Assembly (NCBI GenBank): GCA_000708835.1
Contig: DF237133.1
Span: forward strand, 93,215-157,214
Direction: 5' to 3'
From: Klebsormidium nitens
Lineage: Eukaryota; Plantae; Klebsormidiophyceae
Length of the DNA stretch: 64,000 nt
This document shows positions 47,118 to 60,536 of this stretch, piece after piece. The translations under genes and the position numbers were made by a program. The notes below the pieces were generated by a model. It made no database searches, had not been told where the DNA came from, and saw nothing but the letters and a program-made list of their open reading frames with translations. Position 1 is the stretch's first letter. Every line of letters begins with the position of its first letter.

Positions 47118-49884
47118 TCAGGCGGCCATATGATGGCCGCTCATATTCAGTGCGAGCGGACGCGGCGAGGCGGTCGTCTTAGCGTCGGCCCCGCTTTCTC
47201 GATCTCGCCGCTCTCGTTCTCGCCGGTACGCGTCCACCCGCCGCTCTTCCTCTTCCCGCAGCTTGTGATTCAAAGCGTAGATCTCGGCCCTTCGCTTCTC
47301 TCTGCAATGGTCCAATGGTCAGAGACTCGCACTGGCGCAATGACGTCCAGGTGGGAAACGTCTGCTCTTCCCCAGGCAATGCGTCGGGCGACTGGGCAAA
47401 CAGCTAGATGGGCCGAACTAATATCTAGAGTTTTTCCTCTTAGGAAAAGATAGAATTGGTTTTGTCCGAATCCAACTCCCATTGCAAGAGCCGACGAATT
47501 TAGATTCCCTACCTACAGAAGGAAGTAGGATCGGATGCTACGCAGGGAACGTCATAGAGGGGCACACGCCCGGGCCATCGAGGGCCGACTTCATCATGAC
47601 GCACGGGGAAAAGCATCGTGCTTCTTCGCCAATCACTGCGGACGTCAGCACAAACGGTCAGCAACGCTCACTTCAGTTCGAGCGCAGTCTCGCGCCGCCT
47701 CCGCTCCTCTTCCCTCTTGGTGTCCTCCAGCCGTTTGGCCTGAAAGGAGAGAAACGTCGTAAGTTAGCTAACCGTACTTACTCAACCGTTAACCCTTAAC
47801 CGTAGCTTAAATGGCCATGACTTCCTTGTGATTCTTCATGTACCCCTGCCCAAAAGTTGACCACTCACTTACGCCTCGATTCCAGATTTGACGGGCAATT
47901 TTTATGTGCAGCTTCATTGACAGGCTGAGGGTGAGTATGACGTAGCCACGGATAAGTGAAGTAAGGACAGCGCCAGGACCACACAAGAAAAGAAGGAAAA
48001 GCAAGACCGTCTGCCTTGTTGGACAAGACGGAACAGAGCGGAAGAAGGGAGACTGATATGGCACATTGCACAAAATGGATTGAGCGAAGCAAAGTACAAA
48101 CAACCGCGCAGCGTTCCCACCTTGAGCGCGCTCGCCTCCTGCTCCGCCCGCCACTTCTCCAGCCGCAGCTGCGTCGCGCGCTGCAGCGCCTCCGCCCGCG
48201 CCGCGCTCTCGGGCGAAGTGGACGGGCTGCCCGCCCCGGTCTCGCCCTCAGCCGGCAAGCTCAGCGTGGAGCTCCTCCTTGCCCCCCTGGGGGGATCCCT
48301 CGGAATCCCACCAGTGGGGCTCAGAGCGCCCCGGGGGCTCAGCGTTTTCTGGGGACTTTTAGGCCCGGGGGGGCTCATAGTGCCAGAGGGATCAGGGGAG
48401 CGTTTCGGTAGCGAGGCTAGGTGCAATGGTTGTGGGGTCAGAACGCCCCGGGGGTGCTTGGTAGGAGACGTTCCGGGATGGTTGGGGGAAGCCACGTGCA
48501 TGCGAATGCCCGGGGTTTGCGCCCGGGGCTTCGCTTCGGCAGCCGGGGACAGGGGCTGAGAGCTCACTGGGACAGGTTCGGGTGTACGGGGCTCTGAGGT
48601 TGGGTTCCGTTTGGCTGGTACCTTCATTCGGGCCTTTGCTTCAGTTGTGAGCGACGACATCCTTGGCGAGAGTGGGGCCTTTGCGGCAGTGTCGCCGGCG
48701 TTGGACGATGTGTTTGATTTCCGAGGATTCGCCTTCTGAGATATTGACGACGCTTCGCTTGGTGACTTAGCGGATGCACGTGGCTGGCTTGCCAACTCTC
48801 CCCGTAGTGATGCTTCTTCTCCCAAGCAATCGCTGGAGCGTTTATCACACGAAGCAGCTGAGGAGGCATCTGATTCCCTTGGGTTAGCAGTTTTGGAAGT
48901 AGCATGGGGTCCCGGCAAGGACCGAGACCGGGCCGTCCTGACTGGCGGGCTGAGCCTTGGCGAGCATGGCGGACTTGAGATCCTTCCCGTAGCTTCTGAA
49001 CCCTTTCGCCTACTGTTTAGAGAATTCGACCTGGGAGGCCGTAAAGTCTTCTCTTCCCTGACCAACGAAGTGCTGCGCCGCAGAGGACTTATGGGATTAT
49101 CTTTCAGGCTAGACTTCAGGGATTGTGGAGAGGTTGATGTGCATGATGGGTTGGAGCCTGTTTCTAATTGACCAAGCCGAGCAGACTCTGACTGGTGAGA
49201 ACTTCGATAGTCTACTGCTGAGCTACCTAATCTTGCTTTTGATGGGCCTGGTACTTGGGTACTAGTACTGGAAGCAGATTCCCCCTCTGCAACGTCCCCT
49301 TGGGAATTCATGGGTCTCCTACACAATTGCTCCTCAAGACCAGTGACCAGCTTTCCTGAGACAACTGCAGGACCGTTAGACCCGGTCTCTGCTTGCTCTT
49401 GAGGAACAGTGGGTCCAGTGTGCTTATCTGAACCGGCATACTCCTGGCTGTTCCCACCCTTTGCTTCCTCTTGCACGCCCGCAGATGTGACCCCATCTAT
49501 CAAACTCCTCGCCATGACGGGGGTCCCGGAGGCCCCTAAAAGAAAAGTGTCCTGACCGGTTTTTGACACCGCTGCCAACCCCTTTGCCACTACATCTGCA
49601 AGACAGACCGCATTCTGTCTCCCCCCTGCCTCCCCAGTTGGCCCCCTCTCCTTTCCACCTGCTGCCTTTTCAATCACAAAACCAGCCCCATCAAGATCAG
49701 CCCCAGAAGGACTCTTTCTCACTAAATGGTCCATCTCAGCTGGAAGACTTCGCCTGCTTTTCCTTCTGCCAGGAGAAGAGCTGGGGCAGCGAGCTGGTTC
49801 ATGTGCCGAAGCTGGTGAAGGGAAGGGGGAGCTGAGTCGCCTGACAGCGAGGGGGGCGCTCCTGCCCTGGAGCTCAAGCTTCTC
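47118..49884 (-). CDS. Long Ser/Pro/Arg-rich disordered protein with a C-terminal SVBP (CCDC23)-like helix; exons 49884-48121, 47739-47672, 47301-47118 (671 aa); 5' exon(s) unresolved
   Basis: ORF 47914..49734 extends in frame up to a TCTTCCTAG acceptor. ALK|GTGGGA, CAG|AKRLED...ELK|GTGAGC and [20 protein letters not shown] splice in phase (0, 2). Confidence 0.72.
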
Positions 49885-51047
49885 CTAGGAAGAGGATGGG
49901 AGACAGAAAAGAGCCTTTCTATTAATTCAGATCTAAAGGAGACTTTCAGGTTAAGGTACTGGTGTCTGCAGTTTAGGCTTGAAATGCCAAGATCCTTTCA
50001 GAAGAATTCAGGGAGAGTCTAATCATAGCTCTTGCAATGATATAAGGCTGCGTACTGCTCTTAAATGCTGTCTACTCAATGCAGCTACAGCCTTGATGTA
50101 TGCGGTGATGCGATTCTCAGTCTTCAATTGGATTCAACAGCTCAAGCCAGTCTGACCCAGAATCCGGAGATGGCTAAGTTTATCTTCATTCAGGCTATGA
50201 CAGAAGAGGGCTTGTAACGATCTTCGTATGCACCTCACCATGTAGTATCCTTCGAGTGCCGCTGTCAGGCCGCTGACGTTCTCAAGCAGGCTTCAGCATG
50301 AATTAGGGTTTCGGCAGTGGCCGTTGCTCCAGCTTTCTCAAACGAAGGAGCGGAGCAGATTCGCCCATTAAAAGATAGGGTTCTAGAAATTAAACGAAAA
50401 AATTCTAGAGGATACAGCGAGGACTTTGCTCCGCATTGCTATGCAGGTCGTGAGGGGGTTGTGCAGCTTCTTTTGAAACCAGTTCACTTTGAAGTTTGAG
50501 CATCCACAAGAGCCACTTGAAGTTGAACTTGAAGGCACTTGAAGTTGGAGGCCAAGCTGCGAAAACAGCTAAAGTATCGATGTTGCCGATCCGTCGTCGA
50601 AATTCTACATCGAAGTATCATCCAGGATACCACTATGGCGCCGTGGTTGTTGGGACGATTGATCACTCGACACGCTTCGACGACGATACGAAACCGTATT
50701 GAGGAAGCGTGATTCGACAATTCGGAGCGCTTGCTGCTTCTTCCTGCATGGAAGCACGGGCCCAGGCCCAGGCCCCAGGGCATACCCAGACTCTAGAGCT
50801 AGGTATTTGCGCCCTGTTCTTTGAATCGGAGCCAGAGTTGGCTTTTCTGATCACCCCTCAGGTCCTTTCTGCAGATTGAAAGCATTCTCCGTTGAATATC
50901 TCCATCGCGCATGCTTGCGAGGATACTAAGCGGGGATAGTGGCAGCTGAGAGCAAGGGGTTTTCAGAGATTGGTCATGGCTGGCAAGTCGCTGCTGCTGA
51001 AGTCATTTGGACAGCAATTATAGGCCTGATCCTAGCCGCCTGCATTG

Positions 51048-54000
51048 ATGGAGGCTAGCGGGGTCCAAAGAGGGCCCCCAGCCGGCTGGCTGCAGAGCTT
51101 CCTAGCCTCGGCATCTCGAGTGAAGGTTTATGGTGCATCGGATGCTCGCGAGCTTGCCCCTACCGATGAAAGCCTGCCAGTGCTGGCCAGGGGAAACAGC
51201 GTGTCAAGTTCAAGGTCAAGCACTGGGGAAGAGCAGGTATGTTTGAAAAGAAGGGTTGCAGATGTGAATGCGAAACCCCAAGCTGGAATGCCGTGCTCTT
51301 CAGCGATGAAGCTTCAATATGGGTCTGCATCCCTGAACTTGCATTTGTAGGGATTGAGGCACCTAAGCAGCTGATGAAGATTTTGAATGTGCTGAAAGTG
51401 AGGTTACAGCAACTGTGCATCTCGGATTAGTGGACTCAACACTGTCAACGACACCTTACATGAGTGTTGTCCATTTGGATTCAAATCCAGTCGCTTGGAA
51501 GGATCGAACCCTTTACAAATGTAAGCTGGACGGATGAAATCAGATGAAGAGATGGGAGACGATGGCTGCTTGCAGATACTAGCGCTTCCTGGACACACTG
51601 ATAACAAAGGCACACTTTTGAACCGCCCGAATACTCCAACATTTTCACCACTTTGGATGCTGCATCTTGAGCCCTTCGCCCTTGCATGGTACCGTAGACA
51701 TGACTTAGTCACCATCCATGTTCTACGAGTATCGGCCAAAAGAGCTGATTTTTCAATACAAAACAAGTGCAAGCTTCCCCCTTCAATTCTGCATCTGAAA
51801 GCTGCCTTCTCCATCCTAGTGCATATCCCCTTCAACCTGTCCATGTTAGGCAGACAAACCGAAGCTGAACACTAGCCCTCCTTCTGCAGGCAATCGCAGT
51901 CGACTCTCTCGCCACTCCCCGTCCATCTTCCAAAGACTCCCTTACACGAAGACTTGGCCCATGGGACCTCACCTTACTAGGCATCGGCGCGTCTATTGGG
52001 TCGGGGATCTTTGTCGTGACGGGCGTTGCCGCTCGGCAGGCTGGCCCAGGTAGAGCTCAACCCTTTTCTGCCCCCACTCAGTTTTCCTTTTGGGAGTTTG
52101 TGTCTGGCCGAGCTTGCCTCAAGACTCTGTGTCACATGTGCTGGCATGCTTCGCTCCCCTGCAGGCTTCTTCAAATCTGCTATGGAGGTGATCGGATATC
52201 TGTGCCAGTAGATGTGTCAGCTAGTGCGCCAGCTTGTGACCAAGTTTTGCACTGCCTTCAGTTTGGCTGCTTCCACCCTGGGGTCCCAATTAAACAGTAG
52301 GGGGGCACTTTCACAGATTTCGGTTAGCTCCACCCTTGTGAACGCAACCCCCCTCTTTGCTGTTGAGAACTACAGATCTTATCCCCCTTGCTTTCTGATG
52401 ACAGTACGCATCTTCTCCCGCATGTCTCGGTCGGACAGCGCTCACTCCTCTGGCCCACAAGGTTCAAGGCCTCAATCTCACTTGATATACCCACTTAAAT
52501 CCAAACTTCTACAAATTTACGTTACGGACCTCAACGTCTTCATTCCCTGGGGACTCACGTACCTCGCAGCCTCATACCCCCCCCAATCTGATCGAGTTTC
52601 GGATTTCACACCCCCTGCAGCTGTGGCCCTCAGTTTCCTGCTCGCTGGGCTCGCCTCCGCCCTCGATGCGCTGTGCTATGCTGAGCTGGCGGCTCGCTTC
52701 CCTGCCCTCGGCTCCGCTTACCTGTACACCTACCTCACGTTCAGCGAGCTCCCCGCCTTCCTCGTCTTCTCACACCTCATGTTCGACTACCACATCAGTG
52801 CCGCAAGCATCGCACGAAGGTGGGAAGATTCTCCTCTCTTTCTGCGTCTATGTTGTGTATTGCATTTTGCTTGTCTTGGATGACGATCTCGAAGCTTGCG
52901 GTAGCAATCTGTGAGTCTTAATCTGGCAAGCTTTGTCTTCCCAAATGACGAAGTCGAGGTTCTCGAACGCTGCCCTAAAATCCAGCCATCCTTAGCCTCT
53001 TTGATCTTGGCCTTGCTTTTGAAGAAGGCTGGCCAACAGGACGCGAATCTCTGGCTCATCATTTCTCTGCTAAAAATTAACACACCCCAACTGCGGCTCT
53101 TTCCTTCGTTAAGGCGACCACGCAGACACTCGGGCCCTTGACTGCTTGCTTTCAAGCGTCCGTCGGCGATTGAACAACGCAGTAGTCCGGAGCTTATTCG
53201 CGAACAAAAGCAACCACCTCGACCTCCGAAACTCCTCATGATGCTTGTTCTGCGCCATATCTCTGCTGAACACACGCCTTGACCTAGGCGCTCGATTGAA
53301 GCGAAAATCTCTTCACACGGCCCATCGTGGCACTCTCGCTGAAGCTCGTCGTATTGGTGCAGTCTGGCGGGCTACACCGTAAAGCTCCTGGTGCGGATTC
53401 TGCCCTTCACGGCGCCGTACATCCCGCAGTGGCTGGCCGGCGGGGGGCTGTCGCTGCTGGGGGGCCTGCTCTCGGTCAACTTCCTTGCGCCGCTCATCTT
53501 GTTAGCTCTCACCCTGCTCCTCTGTCAGGTGAGGGGAAAACGGATGCAAGTTGGATGTGGTGGAAAGGGAGCCCGGCTGAAAGTGGTACAGATGCTCCTT
53601 CCGAGGAGCTCAGTCGCTTGGAAGTTGAACGTACTCCAAAGGCAACGTCGGAGGAGGTCAACCGCTTAAAACTTCGATCGTGGCTCGAAGAGGACGTCGG
53701 CGAAGCCACGTGCTTGGACCTTGAAAATTTACACGGATGGCAACACAATGGAAACTGGCGAAGCTCGGATGGTCCGACGGCTTCCGTCAACGCAGTAAGA
53801 CAATTGGTACTGGGGGTTCATCACGTCTACCTCAAGAAAGCAACCGTCCTTCTTGCGACAAAAGTGCCTCCACCGCGCTCGCCAAAAATCTCGCAAGAAT
53901 CCCGGGTACCTATCGCCCATTGAGGTCCATCGCTTCCGGTTTGAGTCCCCTTCCCCTTCTCCTCTTCTCCCGGTACATCTCTCGGCTCACATTCACAAAA

Positions 54001-56795
54001 GACTTCCACAGCTTCCAGCTCAGATCCCTTCTTCCCTGCTCCAGGGCGTCAAGGAGTCGTCCACAATCAACGCCGTCATGACGTGTACCAAGGTAGCCAT
54101 CGTGCTATTGGTTGTGGCGGTGGGTACCTCCGAGGTGGACCCCGCGAACTGGGTACCGTTCGCGCCGTCCGGCCTACCCGCTGTCGTCAGCACGTCGACG
54201 CTTGTTTTCTTTGCGTACGTGGGCTTCGACGCGGTGGCCAACACGGCAGAGGAGAGCAAGAACCCGCAGGTGAGGGACGGAATGGATGTGAATCCATGTG
54301 AAGCTTTTTTAGAAGGATTTGAAGTCTTAGGACCTGAAAACGGTACCCCGGAAGCTGGAATGTTCGAGCGTTTTCTGAAAGAACAACAAAACAGTTTGCG
54401 GACCAGAAGTTACTCCAGATTCCCAGCTCCGACAACCCGCGCTTCAGGATGAAGATTGGATTCCGAAGGACGCCTGGGAGGTTTGGTGAAAAGGAATCGT
54501 GGTTTTAACGAGCTGCTTTTTCCATCACCCCTCTCACCAACGGCTTGGTTTGCTCTCCAGTGCAACTTCACGCGTCATCGGCACCCTGGTCGTGAACATC
54601 CGGCAGACGTTTCTGTCACCACTTTGCTTTTGTCTTTTGTACCCTTTACTCAACTCGCTTGCTCTCTCCCACCCCGCGCTTACCGCCTTTCCTCTCCACC
54701 AGCGACCTCGAGCTGAGCACCATTGGCTGGTTCTCCCTTCTCCCGTAGCCCTACTCAAGTCGGTTTTGATCTCTTAACCCGTGCTTAACCCCTTTTCTCT
54801 CCACCAGCGTGACCTCCCAGTGGGCATCATCGGCAGCCTGGCCGTGTGCACGCTGCTCTACGTCTCGGTCTGCCTGGTCCTTACGGGGATGGTTCCGTAC
54901 ACACAACTCGACCCCGAGTCCCCGCTCTCCTCCGCGTTTTCCGCTAAGGGTCTCGCCTTCATCGAGGGGATCATCGACCTAGGCGCGGTAGTCGGCTTGA
55001 CGACGACCCTGCTAGTGGGGCTGTATGCACAGTCCCGGCTGTATATGGGCGTCGGAAGGTAATTTTGATGACGGTGGTGCAACTGCTTGTCTCGCTTCGC
55101 TTCGGCGTCAGTGCTTTGCATTCGTCTCTGCTTTTGAACGCGTATTCACTCGCGATGCGTGCTTGATCTCGCTGTACAAAACTGCCCGGGTAGCTTCCAG
55201 AGTGCCTACATGCGGTCTGCTGCATTGAACGCCTCGCCGGACGTAACAGTCGTTCCATATGCACGCGCCCTCATATTCACGAAATGCCTGCTGTTGCTTC
55301 TGCTTAGCTTGAATCATCCTCTCAACCCACGCCACCCTTCACTGACACCCGAGCAAAAGCCTTACACCTAGTCTTGTTGTGATGTGGTCAATACCTTCGG
55401 ACACAATGGCTTCTCCTTTCAAACGATCCCCGTTCGTTCGACTGTGACGTTGGCGTCTGAAATGAATTCACCTGTTGTTTTCCTCTCCAGGGACGGCCTC
55501 CTCCCCGCCCGCTTCTTCGCCCAGGTCAGCCCGTTGCACCACACCCCGGTGCGCGCGCAGGCCTGGGTCGGCCTCGTCGCGGGCACGCTCGCGCTCTTCT
55601 TCGACGTCTCCCGCCTGTCGCACATCCTCTCGGTGGGCGTCCTCACCGCGTACGGCGTCGTCTGCATGTGCATCATCAGCCTGCGACTGGACCCGGGGCA
55701 CTGCCCCCGGGGGGGGCGGTTCGCTTTCCCGGCGCTCGACAACCTGACTAGGTACGTCTCCTCAGTCAAGGTGGAGAAAGCTTTAGGTGGAGGAAGCTCT
55801 TAGGCAACACTAGACCTCGATCCTAAAGTCACCGGCTCCGCACCCGTACCCACTCGAAACCCCAGATGAATCCGTTTTCCCGTCTCCGGCTGGTTAGTTT
55901 CTTTACCTAAAGCCTAATTCTATACCTAAGTAAGCTAACTATACCTAAGTGAGATCCTTCTCTTGTTCAGGTGGCAGGAAGGGACGCTGTGCATGGCCGC
56001 GGTCGCGGCGCTCGTGTTCGCGGGCGGGATCGCCGCACGGCTCGGCGGCGGGTTCGGGGTGTTGGCGCTCTTCCTCGCAGCCGCGGCCGCGGCCGCGCTG
56101 CCGCTGATTCTGAGACAAGGGTACAAGACCCATGCGGGGTTCTCGTGCCCGCTGGTCCCCGGACTGCCCCTCCTGGGGATGGCGTTCAACGTGTACCTGC
56201 TCGCACAGGTGAGGCGCCCTGTGCTGATTCCGCTGCGGAATTAGTCAGGTTGGTGGATTAGATGATGTGGGTTGTATAGTGGATGATATGCTGACGGATT
56301 GCTAAAATGGTCTTCAGCTGCATTGTCTGCGGTGAGAGTCCAGGTTCTTCGCGGTTTGACGTGTGTTCGCTTTTAGCACCAGCTTCGACATCATTGCAAG
56401 CTGAGACCCAGTGGCCTCGTAGCAAGCTTGCGAACGTCTTGCAATCGTTTCAACGATTCCTTTATGAGCTGCGATGCCCCTTTCTCGCCCTGACACGTCA
56501 CTATCTTGAGATTAATTCAATCGCGTGATCCCCTTCTCTCGTCACCAAATCAGGTGCACAACACGGTTCTATAATTTGGCATAGGAAAGCCTTTTTGCCG
56601 TTTGTGGCGACTCTTTTCTGATCAACATCACTTTCGATGCAGATGCATTGGGAGGCTTACGTAAGGCTGGTGGCTGTAACCATCCTGTCAATTTTGCTGT
56701 ACGCCTTTTATGGGCAGCACCATGGCGGATCCGGTACCATTTCCACCGCCTATCAGAAGATCAATGGCGGGGACAATAACCAGGAGAGCTCATAA
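51048..56795 (+). CDS. CAT9: Cationic amino-acid transporter, CAT9-like (APC family), 9 exons (51048-51236, 51890-52049, 52621-52819, 53363-53528, 54045-54269, 54808-55058, 55491-55751, 55971-56208, 56643-56795), 613 aa
   Basis: LGIGASIGSGIFVVTG, LCYAELAARFP, MFDYHISAASIARS, FFAYVGFDAVANTAEESKNPQRDLP, LYAQSRLY, DGLLP, SHILSVG, FSCPLVP, QMHWEAYVR and YGQHH match recalled Arabidopsis CAT9. Exons sum to 1842 nt. Confidence 0.95.
54665..54715 (+). repeat. Intronic degenerate copy of the CAT9 exon 6 acceptor
   Basis: CTTTCCTCTCCACCAG|CGACCTC versus CTTTTCTCTCCACCAG|CGTGACCTC at 54792-54816; the ~45 nt upstream are also similar. Confidence 0.7.
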
Positions 56796-58014
56796 AACGT
56801 CCTTTGCCGATCGCTAAATTCAATCGATTGCTAGCACTGGCATCGTGATTGCGAGCCTGTCTTACAAGCACGCATATGCAAGCGAGCGGAAGGCGCGCCA
56901 GGGAGTGGCGCTTGCCGGAAACGGATGACCACTAAGCCTTTATATACGGTGCAAATACCAAACAAGTATGCAGAGATGTTGGACGACTAACACAAGATCA
57001 TTGTTGCTAAACCGACATGGACAGAGGGTTTCATTCGCTCGTGAGTCGAAGAAGTTGCACATGTTTCCTTGCTAACAGCTTGATAAACGAAAATTACAGC
57101 AAGCTTAGAAAGGACATGGCCAGTATCGATGCGCTGCACACATGCCAGATTATGAATGATGCTGGATCGCCAAATTGATTCGACCGTCATGTGCACTGAA
57201 TGACGACTCGATGTTTGGAGCATGCATCTTTGAATCAAGGTGATGCATACGTATACGTGCACTTTCAGGCTCTCCGGACCTATATATTCCAATGCACGCG
57301 ATCAATGTTGCTTCGAGTGCGTCATGCGCGGCGGGCTTCAATGACCATATATAACTGCATGTACTCGAATCGACTTGCCGTTCAATGTGCTGAAGCGACG
57401 ATTGTGATTGGAGTGACTATGCCAATAGTTCAAGATTTGAAGATCATATGGCGCATGCCTGCATGCCTCGAAAATATATAGCGAGCTATAGACACTCAGT
57501 AGGTCTATATAGTGTAGAGGTGGCTAATACTGTAACCTGATTGTCCGCTCTGCATGTGATGTGCACCAGCTCACGGGCAACCATGAACCCTGCTCAGCTT
57601 GCCGAGCTTCATTTTTCGTCAGTATCTGGAGACTACTCTATTCTCTCACATCAACAGCGGCGCCAACTATCACGAGCGCCAAATTCCTTTGTCAAGCTCA
57701 AACTAAGTTCCTGCATGTCATATTCCGCTTGGCCTACTGACGGTGGTGCAAGCCCCAATTCTTTGCATCCGACCACCTTTTGTCAGTGAATCGGTCTGAG
57801 GATCTCTGCATGTAGGATGTTCTCATGAAACCATTGTTTTGATTCAAGTGCCGTCTTCCAAATCACGTAAAGCAGCCAGACCCCGCCCTTCTGCGACTCA
57901 GCTTTCACCTGTTCCGCAGGCAATCGTTCTCAACCGGAGTCAGCAAAGAAATGCATGACTCACGGTACATACCTGCTCGAATCCACTCAATCTACCTACC
58001 TGCCTATACTAGTT

Positions 58015-59353
58015 CTAAACTCGCAGTGCCCTTGCAGGAGCATGTATCGAGCTAGCTCCTGCGCGTCGCCTGGCTTTTGACTGCTCTTCATCCGGACTGC
58101 ACAGGTCTACAAAGCACCGCAGCATTCGCTCTGCTAGAGAGTCTTGCCGTGGCGGCACTCGAGGCTCTGCTGGCGGCCTTGGAGGGTGCCTTGATGTGGC
58201 TGACTTTTTGGGTTTCAAGGAGGGATCGAGAACGTTGGGAAGGTTCTTGACGGGCTTTTGACAGATTTCACAAGTCCTGGAGATGAGATTCGGAAGGTGT
58301 TGTGAGAAGTTGCAATCTGCGGCAGGAGACATAAGTCCAAAGGGAAGCATAATATAGATAGCACAGCCAGCGTAGTGAAGAGAGAGGGGCGTACAGTGGC
58401 CGCACAGAGAAAAGCAAACTGCTCGACAGTCTAGATTCAATTGATGTCCACAAGTACCAACGAAATTTCGTTCCAAATTGTGGCCCAGTAATGTCCCTTT
58501 GGGCAGAACAACTCTCAACCACTGGCTTCAGTTGGTTCATTCTGGATCAGTTTTCACGGATCAATTGGAAAGTGATGAGCTGGCCTCTGCTTGCACTTGA
58601 GCTGTTTGGCTGTATCAAATGTGGCTTAGTGCAGACACCAACTCTGCATCACTGCAAAGGACACCACCAGAAAGCATGTGCACAAGAAGCAACCTGCCTA
58701 CTTTGGCGACTGACAATCTCTGAGCTGGACAATGAGACAAGACTCTAAATCGAAACCAGGGCCCACCTGGTCTGTTGATAGGAGAACCACAGGAGTGCGC
58801 ACTCGCTATGCATGATTGCCAGCCCCTTGCTGTGGCAACCGCAATCCAAGACCAACATCTCTGAGGCTGTAACCTCACAGTGGCAAACCCTACAGATTGA
58901 GGGAGCTACATCTGCCAGCGTATTCCCACCATTGTCTTCCTGGTTTCTGTCAGCACACTCAGGTTCTGATGGCTGTTGGACTGAGCTGTTGAAGCCGCTG
59001 CCTACTTGAGCCTTGCATTGAACATTGCTGGAGTCTGAATGAAACTCCTTCTTGCTGGAGGACTCTTTCGGAGAGTCGCTGGTTTGCTTCACACGCCCAG
59101 GAGATTGTACAACCCAATTAGGCGCCCCTTGAGAATTCTCCAGGAACAGAAAGGGGGTGGTCTCCAATACCCTCACAAGCTGCTCTAGTGCTCTCTGCCA
59201 GTACCCCGTCTTCACGCCTTCCCTTCTGGTTAGCTTACAAGAAGGGACGTTGATTTTCTGAGAGGCGGCGCTCAGACAGCTTGAAGCATACTTCTGGTTT
59301 GCAAACGAGCAATCGGCGGTGCTTGGCTGAAAAGGCAAACCGATTGCATCCAT
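58015..59353 (-). CDS. RING-CH (RINGv, C4HC3) zinc-finger protein, putative E3 ligase; exons 59353-58767 and 58276-58015, 5' end uncertain
   Basis: CRVC...CGC...HSEC...WF in exon 1 is completed by TCEIC after a phase-2 intron (ACCAG|GTGGGC ... CTCCAG|G). Confidence 0.8.
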
Positions 59354-60536
59354 TGCTCGTCTCTCAGATATCTACAGTGTACGTCAGACAATCGGAGGTT
59401 CCCTGGAGAAGCACCAGGCCTGGAACTTGTAGGCCTTCGAATAAGAAACTCATTCAGAAGCCTTGGATGGCCTTGTGCCCTTGTCCAAGAGAGCGCACGC
59501 CAAAATAGAGCAGCTCAGCGTCCTTGCGGCACTTGTCTGCAGCAGCGAGCAAACCATGAAACTCAAAAGGGGCTCGAAAGTCGGAGCTGAGCACTCTGGA
59601 AAGAGGACATGCGTTCGCAGAGCTCTGGCACACCCATGTGAACCTGCCAGGGTGGAACTGAGGAAACCCTAAAACGGCTGGTGCCAACACCCAACTGCCG
59701 AAGGTTCGTAATCGAAGGCGCTTATGCCCGAACCGCGCATAAAAGAGTTCGACATATCGACTCCAAGTAGCCACGTGAAATGGCTTACGCTATGCACTTC
59801 GTTTGGGGCGTTCGATTGTACCCGGCCGCATCTTGACCGTCCACTCAGGATTTGCTTGGTGATCCCTCGCTAGGTCAGGGTACCGTACGCAACTACCTAA
59901 GGGCTGGATACGTACATCCACATTGGCCGTGACAATCGACTTGATGAAGCTATGAAGGTACTTTGCTGCTAATTTCGAAAGTATACTGAGTCATATACAG
60001 CTGATAAATGTTGTCTCCCAGGTGCGGCTCGAGCCAATAGAAACGAATTGGACAATAATTTTCAGAAGGGACAAGACAATTGGCGGACAATGCAAGCGTC
60101 AGTATGCATTGACGATATAATTCCATAATTCGACCAATAAGGTGTTTTCTCTGTAGGTCTCCAAGTAACAATCGTAGCGCACTTTGCAAGATGCCTGAGC
60201 TAGAGATTCCGCAGAATATTAGCAAGCTAAATGAAAGGCTGGTCTCATTCTGATGAAAGGACGTTTTGTAGTGACTTCTTAAATTGATATGAGCGTATTG
60301 CTTGGGTGGCGGCCTGCAATGAAGTTCCAACCCTCTTCTCTAAGCTCTAAGAGTATTTCAAGGATATGTTGCAAATGATGTAGTATAACATCCACAGTGC
60401 ATATAGGTCCATGGCGCACTAAAATCTCAAGTGGAAGGGAGGCATTTATGCATAAGCAGATTTGCAATACCACTGCCAAGAATCGTTTATAAGATCTGTA
60501 TCTTTACAATGCGTGCCAAGAAAAGTTTATCAATTC

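Noticed and set aside
50240-50780. Candidate first exons of the SVBP-like gene and a telo-box at ~50304
   Set aside because: Several incompatible splice options; cannot choose without transcripts.
59950-60480. AT-rich minus-strand ORFs downstream of the reductase
   Set aside because: No recognisable motif; likely 3' UTR or intergenic DNA.
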